Source of the DNA: Acidimicrobiia bacterium
Lineage (GTDB): Bacteria; Actinomycetota; Acidimicrobiia; Acidimicrobiales; VFJN01
Length of the DNA stretch: 43,411 nt
NCBI GenBank assembly: GCA_050247895.1
Contig: JBFWTJ010000001.1
Location: 1 to 43,411, forward strand
Direction: 5' to 3'
Below are positions 33,301 to 41,448 of this stretch, one piece after another. Numbering within the stretch: the first letter of the stretch is position 1; the number at the start of each line of letters is the position of its first letter. The notes beneath the pieces are model-generated. The model worked only from the letters and a program-made list of their open reading frames with translations. It was not told the origin of the DNA and did no database searches. The translations under genes and the position numbers were made by a program.

Positions 33301-35327
33301 TGCGCAGCGGCCACCTGGCCCGCGGGGGCGGCGGCGAGCTGGCCGTCGACCTGAGCTCGGCCCGGGTGCGCCGGGCCCTGCGGGTCCTCGACGCGGTGCG
33401 GGCCGGCCAGTCCGAGGGGGCGCTGCTCGGCGTCCTCTACGAGGAGCACCTGCTGGCCAACGGCGCCCCGGCCGCGATCGGCCCGTCCCGCCAGGCCGCA
33501 CCGCTGGCGGGCACGATCGGCGCCGGGACGGTGCCGGGGGGCTGCGACGGGGACCTGCTGCTCCAGGCCGTCGACGACGGCACGACCAGCGCGGCGGCGA
33601 TCGCGGCGGCCTCCGGCGTGCCGGCGAACCAGCGACCGGCGTTGCAGGCCGCGGTGGCCGGGGGCCTGGCCCTGCTGGCCGACACGGCCGACGCCATCGG
33701 CGACCTGCTGCTGGCCGAGTCGGTCCACCAGCTCGCGGCCCGCAACACGGCCCGGGCGACGGCGGCGATGGCCGCGGCGAGCGGCGGGGCGCCACCGGAC
33801 TCCTACGACGTGCTGCGGGTCGCCCCGACGGGCGTGGGCCTGAACCAGCGGGTCGGCGTGCTGCACCGCGGGGCACTGCCCCGCTCGCCGGCGAACACGG
33901 TCCGGGCCCTGGTCGACCCGTTCGTCGACGCCTGGATCGGCGGCCTGCTGACACCCCCGGGCCGGATCGTGCTGACCCTGCACCTGGTCGACCGCACCCG
34001 GGTGTCGGTGAGCGCGGCCGACCTCGGGCTGGGCCCGTCCGACGTGGTGGCCCTGTCCGGCGCGGCGCCGACCGCGGCGGGCGAGGTCGACGTGCCGCTG
34101 CGCCGGCTCCTGGAGGGCGCGGCCCGGGCCCTGGCCGGGACCCGGGAGGTGGACCGGGTGGACGCGGGCCCGGTGGACGTGGCGGCGCGCCTGGGCCGTG
34201 CGGTGGCCGACGCGCTGACCGGGGCCAGGCCGTTCGACCCGGGCGACGTGCCGACCGCGACAGGCGCGGACCCGGCCACCACGGACCGACGGGAGGTCGA
34301 GGACCGCCTGGGCGTGGCCGTCCGGGCCGCCGAGCGGCTCCTGGCCGGGGCGAGCAGGCCCGGCCCGCTGCCCGTGCGGCGGACCCCGGCCCAGCTGCGC
34401 CAGGCGCTGCTCGGGCTGGTCCGGGCCGGGATGGTCACCGCGGTGCCCGAGGCCGCGCCGGGGTCCGACGGCGAGGTGGCCGCGCTGTCCGACCAGCTGG
34501 CCCGGGCCGTGGGCGTGGTCGAGGGCCGGGTCCGTGCCGCGGCGGCCGCGCTGGCCGAGGTGCGGGCCGCGCCGGACGGGCCGGACCTGCTGTCCCGCCT
34601 GCGGTCGGTGGCCGAGAGCCTGGTCGGCGACCGGGTCCTGGTCACCGTGCCGGTGGGCTCGGACGTGCTGGACCAGGCGTTGGACCTGCCCCCGTCGATC
34701 GACGGGGTGACCACGGCCGGAGAGCGGCGGCGCCAGGCCCGCCGGCTGTTGAACGAGGTGGCCGCGGTGCGCACGCCGGTGGCCCACGTGCGCCGGTTGC
34801 GCCAGCTCGTCCAGGCGTCCCGCCGGACCGCGCCGCCGGTGGACCTGGTGCAGCTCTCGGTGGCCCCGGTGGCGGGCGACCCGTGGGCCGGGGTGGGCTC
34901 GTCGGCCCGCCAGGCCGCCGGGGATCCGGCGATCGCCGGCGGCCGCGTGTCGGTCCTGGCCCTGGACGCCGGGTTGGGGGACGTCCCGGGCGGACCGGTC
35001 CGGGGCCTGGTGCTCGACGAGTGGAGCGAGACGGTGCCGAACCCGACGTTGACCACCGCGCTGGCCGTGCACGCCAACCGGCCGAGCAACGAGGCGCCCC
35101 AGACGATCCTGCTCGCCGTCCCGCCCGACCCGACGGCAGGTTGGAGCCAAGCCGAGATCGAGGCGGTGCTGGGCGAGGCGCTGGACCTGGCCGCGCTGCG
35201 CAGCGTGGACCTGCCCGCCCTGGGATCGCTGGGCCAGCTCGTGCCGATGGTCCGGGTCCCCCTGGAGGGCCACTCGTTCAACCGCGACCTGCGCTGGGAG
35301 CACCTTGTGGCCAAGGACGACGAGTGA
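30357..35327 (+). CDS. Giant-operon gene 4: uncharacterised 1656-aa protein with internal Gly/Pro linker
   Basis: ATG 30357 shares one base with the gene 3 stop (TGATG). N-terminal coiled-coil-like segment. Also FLPVRLETRF...LLVRIYPD, LRVGRQPYGLLPI and a GGPGGLGGLGGLGGPGGPGGPGGP tract (32805-32876). No domain recognised. Confidence 0.8.
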   Translation: MARDLTTLRVAAEAHLRKVEAARTVLVARNEELAAAETPAEVRKAAAAVSGAAKTLVQVVDPKVWDAVIALMNPVAALSGIEDTVPIAFLPVRLETRFRRRGTQWDLLVRIYPDAVHQDQHRPELTPSEREDGEAYWATSAAAAAAPDEPAAWATLVRGHGPTRAAWIRRATEPGAPDPGSVAANTFTRPSQTILLPDVFFAVGYRHGVEIARVQGSSVRQPLFTAPDPAVPADDDGLDPSTRWLVDFDVAAAAGMALTIPLGPGGGTGLDRLVVYGVKASSAPARSAVLLAATLDAHHYTDGLGLVPVGTPTNNAEGRRSGYLGGDDALAERSHRVEVEPSPVDGGTSPSGLLLSDAARAMMADGSRVAAALGIARSHLAHVESTAATSDRDAQAMIVGLWPSVGAYAIRQFLADSIDTDLEEAIRTHAVRWVRARGPFPALRVGRQPYGLLPITSLSRHVPASGDPHAATILAGLRDLAQVWTTATDQVPRVGASSDPAEALAQILALSPVSVGYRLRREADSQILEVLGQLADATPEARATVQSAHQQLALNGLGWSKGAAGNGLLRLIGFDTPAPLERPLVQHGGVSETDPLVDNYIAFIRTATGGDLMSAATRNRPPLLYILLRGSMLSQMLDDGLKLADLPPRPDLALDRFIHMQLEGVGPIGTLAELLKRPTPGTGGFTPPVGPVGGIGRGDLAVGDLLDLVRDRLGRDPLIIKDGPLAGPGTVLGVGGIVAWPPRAVDGGGTLPGFADVTGPAGEPVFDLDQTPVDPGTADGGPSTTPAGVVEGVPDLDELAGMGGLAGVLELGELAAGGPGGLGGLGGLGGPGGPGGPGGPFRSLSMPARPLSASTAAPAGEAVRLASISLPPGAWNEVSDVLVNKLLGVIDIGAALAHLEKLPTATLDRLLRETLDLAGHRLDAWITSLATERLAEMRASSPAGVHLGAYGLVHDLRPAGAGSTGGYVHAPSVGQAATAAILRSGHLARGGGGELAVDLSSARVRRALRVLDAVRAGQSEGALLGVLYEEHLLANGAPAAIGPSRQAAPLAGTIGAGTVPGGCDGDLLLQAVDDGTTSAAAIAAASGVPANQRPALQAAVAGGLALLADTADAIGDLLLAESVHQLAARNTARATAAMAAASGGAPPDSYDVLRVAPTGVGLNQRVGVLHRGALPRSPANTVRALVDPFVDAWIGGLLTPPGRIVLTLHLVDRTRVSVSAADLGLGPSDVVALSGAAPTAAGEVDVPLRRLLEGAARALAGTREVDRVDAGPVDVAARLGRAVADALTGARPFDPGDVPTATGADPATTDRREVEDRLGVAVRAAERLLAGASRPGPLPVRRTPAQLRQALLGLVRAGMVTAVPEAAPGSDGEVAALSDQLARAVGVVEGRVRAAAAALAEVRAAPDGPDLLSRLRSVAESLVGDRVLVTVPVGSDVLDQALDLPPSIDGVTTAGERRRQARRLLNEVAAVRTPVAHVRRLRQLVQASRRTAPPVDLVQLSVAPVAGDPWAGVGSSARQAAGDPAIAGGRVSVLALDAGLGDVPGGPVRGLVLDEWSETVPNPTLTTALAVHANRPSNEAPQTILLAVPPDPTAGWSQAEIEAVLGEALDLAALRSVDLPALGSLGQLVPMVRVPLEGHSFNRDLRWEHLVAKDDE

Positions 35328-36958
35328 TCCAGCTCACCTTCACGACGTGGGCCCGGCTCGAGCCGAACGCCAGCGACCCGGACATGAGCCCGGGCCTGGT
35401 GGCCGAGGTGGCCGACCCGCTGTGGTTCCTGGCCCGCCAGTGGCAGCTGGGCGAGCTCCAGGGGGAGGACGCGGCGACCCCGGCCACGGTCCACGTGTCG
35501 GCCGAGGTCGGGGTGCCGAACCGGGCCCGGTTCGGGGGCGGGGGCCCGGTGGCGGCCTACGACCCGACGACGACGCCGCTGGACCTGCTGGCCGAGCGGG
35601 AGCCGGCCCCGGCCGGGGTGCCGGTGGTGCTGGCCGCGGAGGCGTCGCTGATGCTGGCCGAGGAGCTGGGGACGGGGGCGGCGGCGACGGCGGTGCTCGA
35701 CGCCCTGCGGGTCGCGTTCCCGCTGCCGGTCCTGACCCCGGCCGAGACGGCCGAGCTGGCCCCCTCCAGCGCCGAGCTGCTCGTCGCGCTGGACGGGACG
35801 GCCTTCGACGGGGTGGCGGTGGTGCGGGCCCAGCCGGCCGACGTCCCGGCCGCCGCGGCCGGCCCGGCGCTGGACGCGGCGATCGCCGCGGTGGGCCCGT
35901 GGGTGGACCTGCACCTGGCCCCGACCAGCGCCTGGGTGCCCGACCAGCTCGGGGCCACGGTGGAGCTGGGGATCCCGGCCACGGGCGGCCAGGTGGCGCT
36001 GCGGGCCGAACGGCCGGCCGGCGAGCAGCTCGGCTGGTGGAGCTTCGACCGGACGAACGCGGCGCTGGGCGCGGGGACGACGGTCACCGCGCTGGCGACC
36101 CATCCGCTGCCGGCGACGACGGTGCCGATGGCGGGGGCTCCGGCGGCCCGCTACTGGGAGATGGAGGACGCCGCGGTCGACCTGGGCGCGGTGGGGGTGG
36201 CGCCGAGCGAGCTGGCCCGGCTGGTGGTGCTGGAGTACCTGCTCGTCTACGGCAACGACATGGTGGTGGTGCCCCTGGAGGTGCCCTACGGCTGCCGGGT
36301 GGCGGTGACCAAGGTCGAGGTGGTGGACAACTTCGGCGGCCGGACGGTGGTCCCGACGGCCGCGTCGCTGACCGGCGGGCAGTTCCGCATGTGGAGCGTG
36401 ACGGGGGACGACGGGGCGCTGCTGGTCCCCCCGCTGGCGCTGACGACGCTGAACGGCCCGGCGCTGGAGGAGGTGCTGGTGGCCCGGGACGAGCAGGCCA
36501 ACGTGGCCTGGCTGATCGAGTCGCTGGGCACCGACCCGGCCGGCTCGCCCGTGGACCTGCGGGGCCTGCCCGCGCCGGCACCGCCGCCCCCGTCGATCCC
36601 CGATGCCTACGGGACGCCGCGCCCGCCGTGGCGCTGGAAGCTGACCGACGCGGTCCCGCCGACCTGGCACCCGCTGCTGCCGACGGCCGCGACCGACGGC
36701 CGGACCCGGCTGGTGGCCGGCACGGTGGCCGGGGTCCCCGCGGCGCCGCCCCGGTCGCGCCTGCTGGCCGAGCTGCCGGCCCAGGGCCTGCCGCTGGCCA
36801 TCGTCCCGGCCGAGGGCCTGCGCCTGCGCCGCCGGGCCGAGGCCACCCGCTGGATCGACGGCAGCCGCCACGCCTGGATCGCCCGCGACCGCCGCGCCGG
36901 CACCGGCGACGCCGGCAGCGGCATGGTCTTCGACACCCTCACCAAGCCCGACGACTGA
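35324..36958 (+). CDS. Giant-operon gene 5: uncharacterised 544-aa protein
   Basis: GTGA overlap with the gene 4 stop. TFTTWARLE N-terminus and ADPLWFLARQWQLGELQGEDAATP block (35411-35482). No domain recognised. Confidence 0.8.
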   Translation: MIQLTFTTWARLEPNASDPDMSPGLVAEVADPLWFLARQWQLGELQGEDAATPATVHVSAEVGVPNRARFGGGGPVAAYDPTTTPLDLLAEREPAPAGVPVVLAAEASLMLAEELGTGAAATAVLDALRVAFPLPVLTPAETAELAPSSAELLVALDGTAFDGVAVVRAQPADVPAAAAGPALDAAIAAVGPWVDLHLAPTSAWVPDQLGATVELGIPATGGQVALRAERPAGEQLGWWSFDRTNAALGAGTTVTALATHPLPATTVPMAGAPAARYWEMEDAAVDLGAVGVAPSELARLVVLEYLLVYGNDMVVVPLEVPYGCRVAVTKVEVVDNFGGRTVVPTAASLTGGQFRMWSVTGDDGALLVPPLALTTLNGPALEEVLVARDEQANVAWLIESLGTDPAGSPVDLRGLPAPAPPPPSIPDAYGTPRPPWRWKLTDAVPPTWHPLLPTAATDGRTRLVAGTVAGVPAAPPRSRLLAELPAQGLPLAIVPAEGLRLRRRAEATRWIDGSRHAWIARDRRAGTGDAGSGMVFDTLTKPDD

Positions 36959-37125
36959 ACCGGGCGAGGGCCTTCAGCTGTCTCCGCCACCTCTTGCGCC
37001 AGAACGCGGTAGGCGTCCTGTTCGCCAGCCTTGCCAACCTCGACGAGGTGTTGGCACAGTCCGGCGCCGGGAACCCCCCTCCCGACGGAGCCTCGCCTGG
37101 AGGTTCTCCCACCACACCCACCTGG

Positions 37126-38934
37126 CTACTCCCATCGGCTGCCCGGCAGGCGACTGGAGGGCCCACCGCTGTCCTCGAAGCTCGGACCGCCGATGCCCGT
37201 GCCGCTGAACAAGCGCGCGTACTGACCATCGCGAACGGCGAGGTCGGCCGGGCGGCCGACCTCGACGATCCGACCGCCCGATAGCACCACCACCCGATCA
37301 CATCGCGCGGCGGTCGCCAGCCGGTGGGCGATCACCAACACGACCCGGTCGGCGCCGGCGCGCTCGACGGCGACCGCCACGGCCGCCTCCGTGGCAGGGT
37401 CCAGGATGCTGGTGGCCTCGTCGAGCACGAGCACGGCCGGGTCGCCGACGACCGCACGGAGGAGCGCGACGAGCTGACGCTCGCCGAGTGAGAGCTGTGA
37501 TCCGTTGGGTCCGACCGGGGTATCAACCCCCTCCGGCAACCCGGCGATCCATGCGCCGAGGCCCAACCGGTCGGCGGCGGCACGCACCTCGTCGTCGGTC
37601 AGGATCGGACGGGCGAGGCGGACGTTGTCCAAGATCGTCCCTTCGACGAGGAACGTCTCCTGCGTGACGAGGGTCAGCCGCCGGGCCCGCTCGATCGCCC
37701 CCGCCGTGCCGACATCCGACCCGCCGAGGTGCACGGTGCCGGTGGAGGGCACCGCGAGGCCAACCGCCAGCCGGGCCAGCGTCGACTTGCCCGACCCGGT
37801 GGCCCCGACGACGGCGACTCGCTCGCCGGGCGCCACGGTGAGGTCGATCCCGGCCAGAGCCGGGGTGCCCGGGAGGTACGCGTAGCCGGCATCGTCGAAC
37901 ACCAGCTCGCCACGGCGGGGCAAGCCCGGCGCGCCGGCTGGCGCCGAGTCGGCGAGAGCGGCCAACTCACCGACCCGGACAAGTGCGGTGCGCGCCCTGA
38001 GCATGTCGTCGAAGCCGGCCAGGAACCAGCTCACCGGACCGAACACACCCGCCAGGACCAGCACGGCAGCGGTGCCGGTACCGATCGTGATCGAGCCCCG
38101 ATCGACGAGCAGGCCGGCCCCCACGACGACCGATGCGGTGGCGACGGCTTGGAGTGCGAGCAGCGTCGAATAGAACCAGTTGTGCATCGCTGCGGCTCGC
38201 ATGGCGGCCCCGATCGCCGAGGTCGAGATGGCCCGCAGGCCCGCCAACCGACGCGGCCCGGCACCGAACGAGGCGATCGTGGTGGACCCCTCGGTCAGCT
38301 CGACCACCGCGCCCACCGCGGCTGCGTTCGCCCGGAACATGGCCGGATAGACCTCGCGGCCACGCCGCAGGAGCCACCACCCGGCGAGCGTCGCGGGTGG
38401 CACGAACACGAGCGCGACGAGTGCCAGCGGGAGCGACAGGAGCGCGACCGCGGCGAACCCGCCGACGATCGCGATGAGATGCTCGAGCAGGTTGGGGGCG
38501 AGCCCCTCGGCGGCACCACCCAGGCTGTCGGCGTCTGAGGTCACACGGGCCTGTAGGTCTCCTCGATCAGCCGCCTCGTACTGGGCCAGCTCAAGCCCGA
38601 GCACCCCGCCCACGGCGTCGCTCCGAAGGTGGTGCACGAGGTGCTGGCCCACGGTCGCCGCCGAGACCGTGCGGATCGCGTCGACGATCCCGCCGAGCAC
38701 ACCGATCGCCAGGTACGCGGCGCCGGCCCAGGCGAGTGTGCGCTGGTCGCCGGCGCGCACACCGTCGTCGATCGCGATCCGCAGTGCCGTCGGGCCTATC
38801 GCCACGGTTGCCGCGCTGAGTACGACTGCGGTGAGGCCGAGGACGAGCGCGCCGAGCCGTCCGCGGGCGTGGCGCCACACCAGGCGAGCCAGTTGGCCTC
38901 GCGAGACGGCCGGGGGTGCCCAGGCTGCACTCAC
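37126..38934 (-). CDS. ABC transporter, fused permease/ATP-binding subunit (exporter fold), canonical Walker B, deviant signature
   Basis: 602 aa. Six-TM N-terminal domain, Walker A GATGSGKST, signature LSLGERQ (deviant), Walker B VLVLDEATS. GTGA overlap with the upstream partner. Confidence 0.9.
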   Translation of the reverse strand: MSAAWAPPAVSRGQLARLVWRHARGRLGALVLGLTAVVLSAATVAIGPTALRIAIDDGVRAGDQRTLAWAGAAYLAIGVLGGIVDAIRTVSAATVGQHLVHHLRSDAVGGVLGLELAQYEAADRGDLQARVTSDADSLGGAAEGLAPNLLEHLIAIVGGFAAVALLSLPLALVALVFVPPATLAGWWLLRRGREVYPAMFRANAAAVGAVVELTEGSTTIASFGAGPRRLAGLRAISTSAIGAAMRAAAMHNWFYSTLLALQAVATASVVVGAGLLVDRGSITIGTGTAAVLVLAGVFGPVSWFLAGFDDMLRARTALVRVGELAALADSAPAGAPGLPRRGELVFDDAGYAYLPGTPALAGIDLTVAPGERVAVVGATGSGKSTLARLAVGLAVPSTGTVHLGGSDVGTAGAIERARRLTLVTQETFLVEGTILDNVRLARPILTDDEVRAAADRLGLGAWIAGLPEGVDTPVGPNGSQLSLGERQLVALLRAVVGDPAVLVLDEATSILDPATEAAVAVAVERAGADRVVLVIAHRLATAARCDRVVVLSGGRIVEVGRPADLAVRDGQYARLFSGTGIGGPSFEDSGGPSSRLPGSRWE

Positions 38935-40628
38935 CTGTGCGCACCCGCGTGCCAGCCAGGAGCGGCCAGGGTCACAGTCGCCCTGACCAGGCGCCGGGCG
39001 CCGGGGTTGGGTGTGACGAGCAACACGATCGAACCCGGGCAGTGGGCCACCACCGATGCCAGCACGACCAGCTCGCGGTCAGGTTCGAGACCACCCAGCG
39101 CGCCGTCGAGCACGAGCACCGGGGGCTTCGCCAGGAGCGCCCGGGCGAGCGCCAAGCGTTGGCGTTGTCCGCCCGACAGCGACGCACCCCGGTCAGCGAG
39201 CACGGTCGCGGCCCCCTCGGGGAGTCGGTCGACGAACTCGGTGGCACCGACCGCCAGCAGGGCGGCGGCGACCGCTGCGTCGTCGACATCGGGTGCTCCG
39301 AGGCAGACGTTGGTGGCGATCGACGTCGCGAGCAGGAACGGTTCGGGTCCGAGCCGCAGCACGGCCGCGCGCCGTGCGTCGCGGTCGAGCCCCGTCACAT
39401 CACGCCCGCCCAGCGAGACGGTCCCGCCGACCGGCACCCGGTCGCCGGCGACGAGCGCGGCGAGGGTCGACTTGCCCGAGCCCACGGGGCCCTCGAGCAG
39501 AACGACGTCACCCGGCCCAGCCCGGAACGAGACGGGGCCGAGCGAGAACCGGCCATCGCCGGGATAGCGGTACGTGACGCCGTCGACGACCAGTTCGCCG
39601 ACGGGCCGGTCCGGCGGAGTGGGTCTGGCCATCTCTTCGGGTGCACCCCGCGCCAGCTCGGACGCCATCGGATGGACCAGGGCGACGATACGCCTGGCCG
39701 AGGCGAGCGTCGACCGAAGCAGCAACACCAGATCGCCGGCCGCGCCGATGGGCGCCCGGAGGAAGAGCGCCAAGCCGATCGCCGTCACCACCGAACCGAT
39801 CTCGGCGTGCCCGCCGATCGCCCGCCATCCTCCGACCCAGATCACGGCCACCGTGCTCAGTCCGCTGAGCGCCGTGAGCACCGGACCGTACCGAAGCGAC
39901 CACCGAGCGGTCGCCACCGCCCGGTCGCGCGCCAGCGCCGAACGTGCGGCGTACGCCTCGTGGATCGCTGCCTGAGCACCGATCCCGGCGACGACCTTGA
40001 AGCCTTCCAACGCCGCCTGGGCGGCGGCGATCGTGTCGCCCGCGGCGGCCTGGCTGGCCGCGGTCCGGTGCTCCCACAGCGCCGACACCCGCCACGACAC
40101 GACGACGCTGAGTAGCACCGAGGCGACCACGGCAAAGGCGATCACCACATCGACACGCAGCAACAGGACGATCACCACAGGGATCGCCAGGAGATAGGCG
40201 ATTGTGTAGCCGAACGACTCGACGGCCCCCGCGACGCCGTCCGCGTCGCTCGTGGCCCTCGCCGTGGCCTGGCCCGCTGGCCACGCATCACGGGACGGCT
40301 CGTCGAGGTCGAGCGCGGCTGCGGCTGCCGCGTGGCGCAAGCGCGCCCGGGTGCGCTCCTGGCAGCCGACCTCGAGCCAGTGGCGGATCGCGTCGCACGC
40401 CGACTCCCCGACGCCGACGAGGACGACCAGCAACGCCCCGACCCAGATGGCGCGGCGGTCAGACTCGACGACACCGTGCTGGACAGTCCAGCCGAGCACG
40501 ACCGGAACGGCCATACCGAAGCCGAGCCAGGCGACCGCGGCCAGCGTGCTTCCCGTCAGTGCCCACCGCTCGACCAGCGCCAGCCGGCGCAACAACACCC
40601 AGGAGAGCCGCCGGTCAACCGCGTCCAT
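38931..40628 (-). CDS. ABC transporter, fused permease/ATP-binding subunit (exporter fold) with degenerate Walker B
   Basis: 565 aa. Walker A GPVGSGKST and canonical signature LSGGQRQ. Walker B is VLVLDG, with Gly509 (39102-39104) replacing the catalytic Glu. Confidence 0.9.
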   Translation of the reverse strand: MDAVDRRLSWVLLRRLALVERWALTGSTLAAVAWLGFGMAVPVVLGWTVQHGVVESDRRAIWVGALLVVLVGVGESACDAIRHWLEVGCQERTRARLRHAAAAAALDLDEPSRDAWPAGQATARATSDADGVAGAVESFGYTIAYLLAIPVVIVLLLRVDVVIAFAVVASVLLSVVVSWRVSALWEHRTAASQAAAGDTIAAAQAALEGFKVVAGIGAQAAIHEAYAARSALARDRAVATARWSLRYGPVLTALSGLSTVAVIWVGGWRAIGGHAEIGSVVTAIGLALFLRAPIGAAGDLVLLLRSTLASARRIVALVHPMASELARGAPEEMARPTPPDRPVGELVVDGVTYRYPGDGRFSLGPVSFRAGPGDVVLLEGPVGSGKSTLAALVAGDRVPVGGTVSLGGRDVTGLDRDARRAAVLRLGPEPFLLATSIATNVCLGAPDVDDAAVAAALLAVGATEFVDRLPEGAATVLADRGASLSGGQRQRLALARALLAKPPVLVLDGALGGLEPDRELVVLASVVAHCPGSIVLLVTPNPGARRLVRATVTLAAPGWHAGAHR

Positions 40629-41448
40629 CGACGTCTCTTGCCGCCGGCGCAGCGATCCGCCGGACGCGCGGGATCACCAGGGGCGCGCCCGACTCGGGAT
40701 CGGCGATCACACGACAAGGGAGACCGAAGACGTCCTCGACGATCCCTTCGGCGACGACCTCGGCCGGCCGGCCGGCGGCCACGATCGTCCCGTCCTTCAT
40801 CGCCACGATCCGGGTGGCGTAGCGGGCCGCATGATTGAGGTCGTGGAGCACGACGACGAGCGTGCGGCCCTGCTCGCGGTGCAGCTCGGCGCACAAGTCG
40901 AGCAGTTCGATCTGGTGGGCGATGTCGAGGAACGTGGTCGGCTCGTCGAGCAGCATCAGGGGCGTTTGCTGGGCGAGGACCATCGCCACCCACACCCGCT
41001 GGCGTTGACCACCGGAGAGCTCGTCGACACGGCGCTGGGCGAGATCGGTGATGCGGGTAGCGGCGAGCGCCTCGACGACGGCCGCCTCGTCGGCTGCCGA
41101 CCACTGCCGCAAGAAGCCTTGGTGAGGGTGCCGGCCGCGGGCGACCAGGTCGCCGACGGTGATCCCGTCGGGGGCGATCGACGTCTGCGGCAACAAGCCG
41201 AGACGACGGGCGACCTCCTTGGTCGGGTACTCAGAGATTGCCTTGCCGTCGAGTACCACCTGGCCAGTGGTCGGTGCCAGCAGCCGGGCCAACGCCCGCA
41301 GCAGGGTCGACTTGCCGCACGCGTTCGGCCCGACCACCATCGTGAACGACCCCTCCTCGACGCCGAGCGACAGGCCTTCGGCGATCACCCGCTGGTCGTA
41401 CGCCAAGGTCACGCCGTCAGCACGCAGGGGCACGCTTCGTTCGCTCAT
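40615..41448 (-). CDS. Iron-siderophore-type ABC importer ATP-binding protein (FepC/FecE-like)
   Basis: 277 aa from ATG 41448 (ATGA overlap with the upstream permease stop). GPNACGKSTLL, LSGGQRQRVWVAMVLAQ and LMLLDEPTTFLD are typical of FecE/FepC. The track ORF extends spuriously to 41676. Confidence 0.9.
   Translation of the reverse strand: MSERSVPLRADGVTLAYDQRVIAEGLSLGVEEGSFTMVVGPNACGKSTLLRALARLLAPTTGQVVLDGKAISEYPTKEVARRLGLLPQTSIAPDGITVGDLVARGRHPHQGFLRQWSAADEAAVVEALAATRITDLAQRRVDELSGGQRQRVWVAMVLAQQTPLMLLDEPTTFLDIAHQIELLDLCAELHREQGRTLVVVLHDLNHAARYATRIVAMKDGTIVAAGRPAEVVAEGIVEDVFGLPCRVIADPESGAPLVIPRVRRIAAPAARDVDGRG

Noticed and set aside
36959-37125. Possible gene remnant on the minus strand in the convergent spacer (…LCQHLVEVGKAGEQDAYRVLAQEVAETAEG…).
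   Set aside because: It has no start codon or RBS, no stop separating it from antisense gene 5 sequence, mixed codon usage and no recognisable family. I treat it as non-coding.
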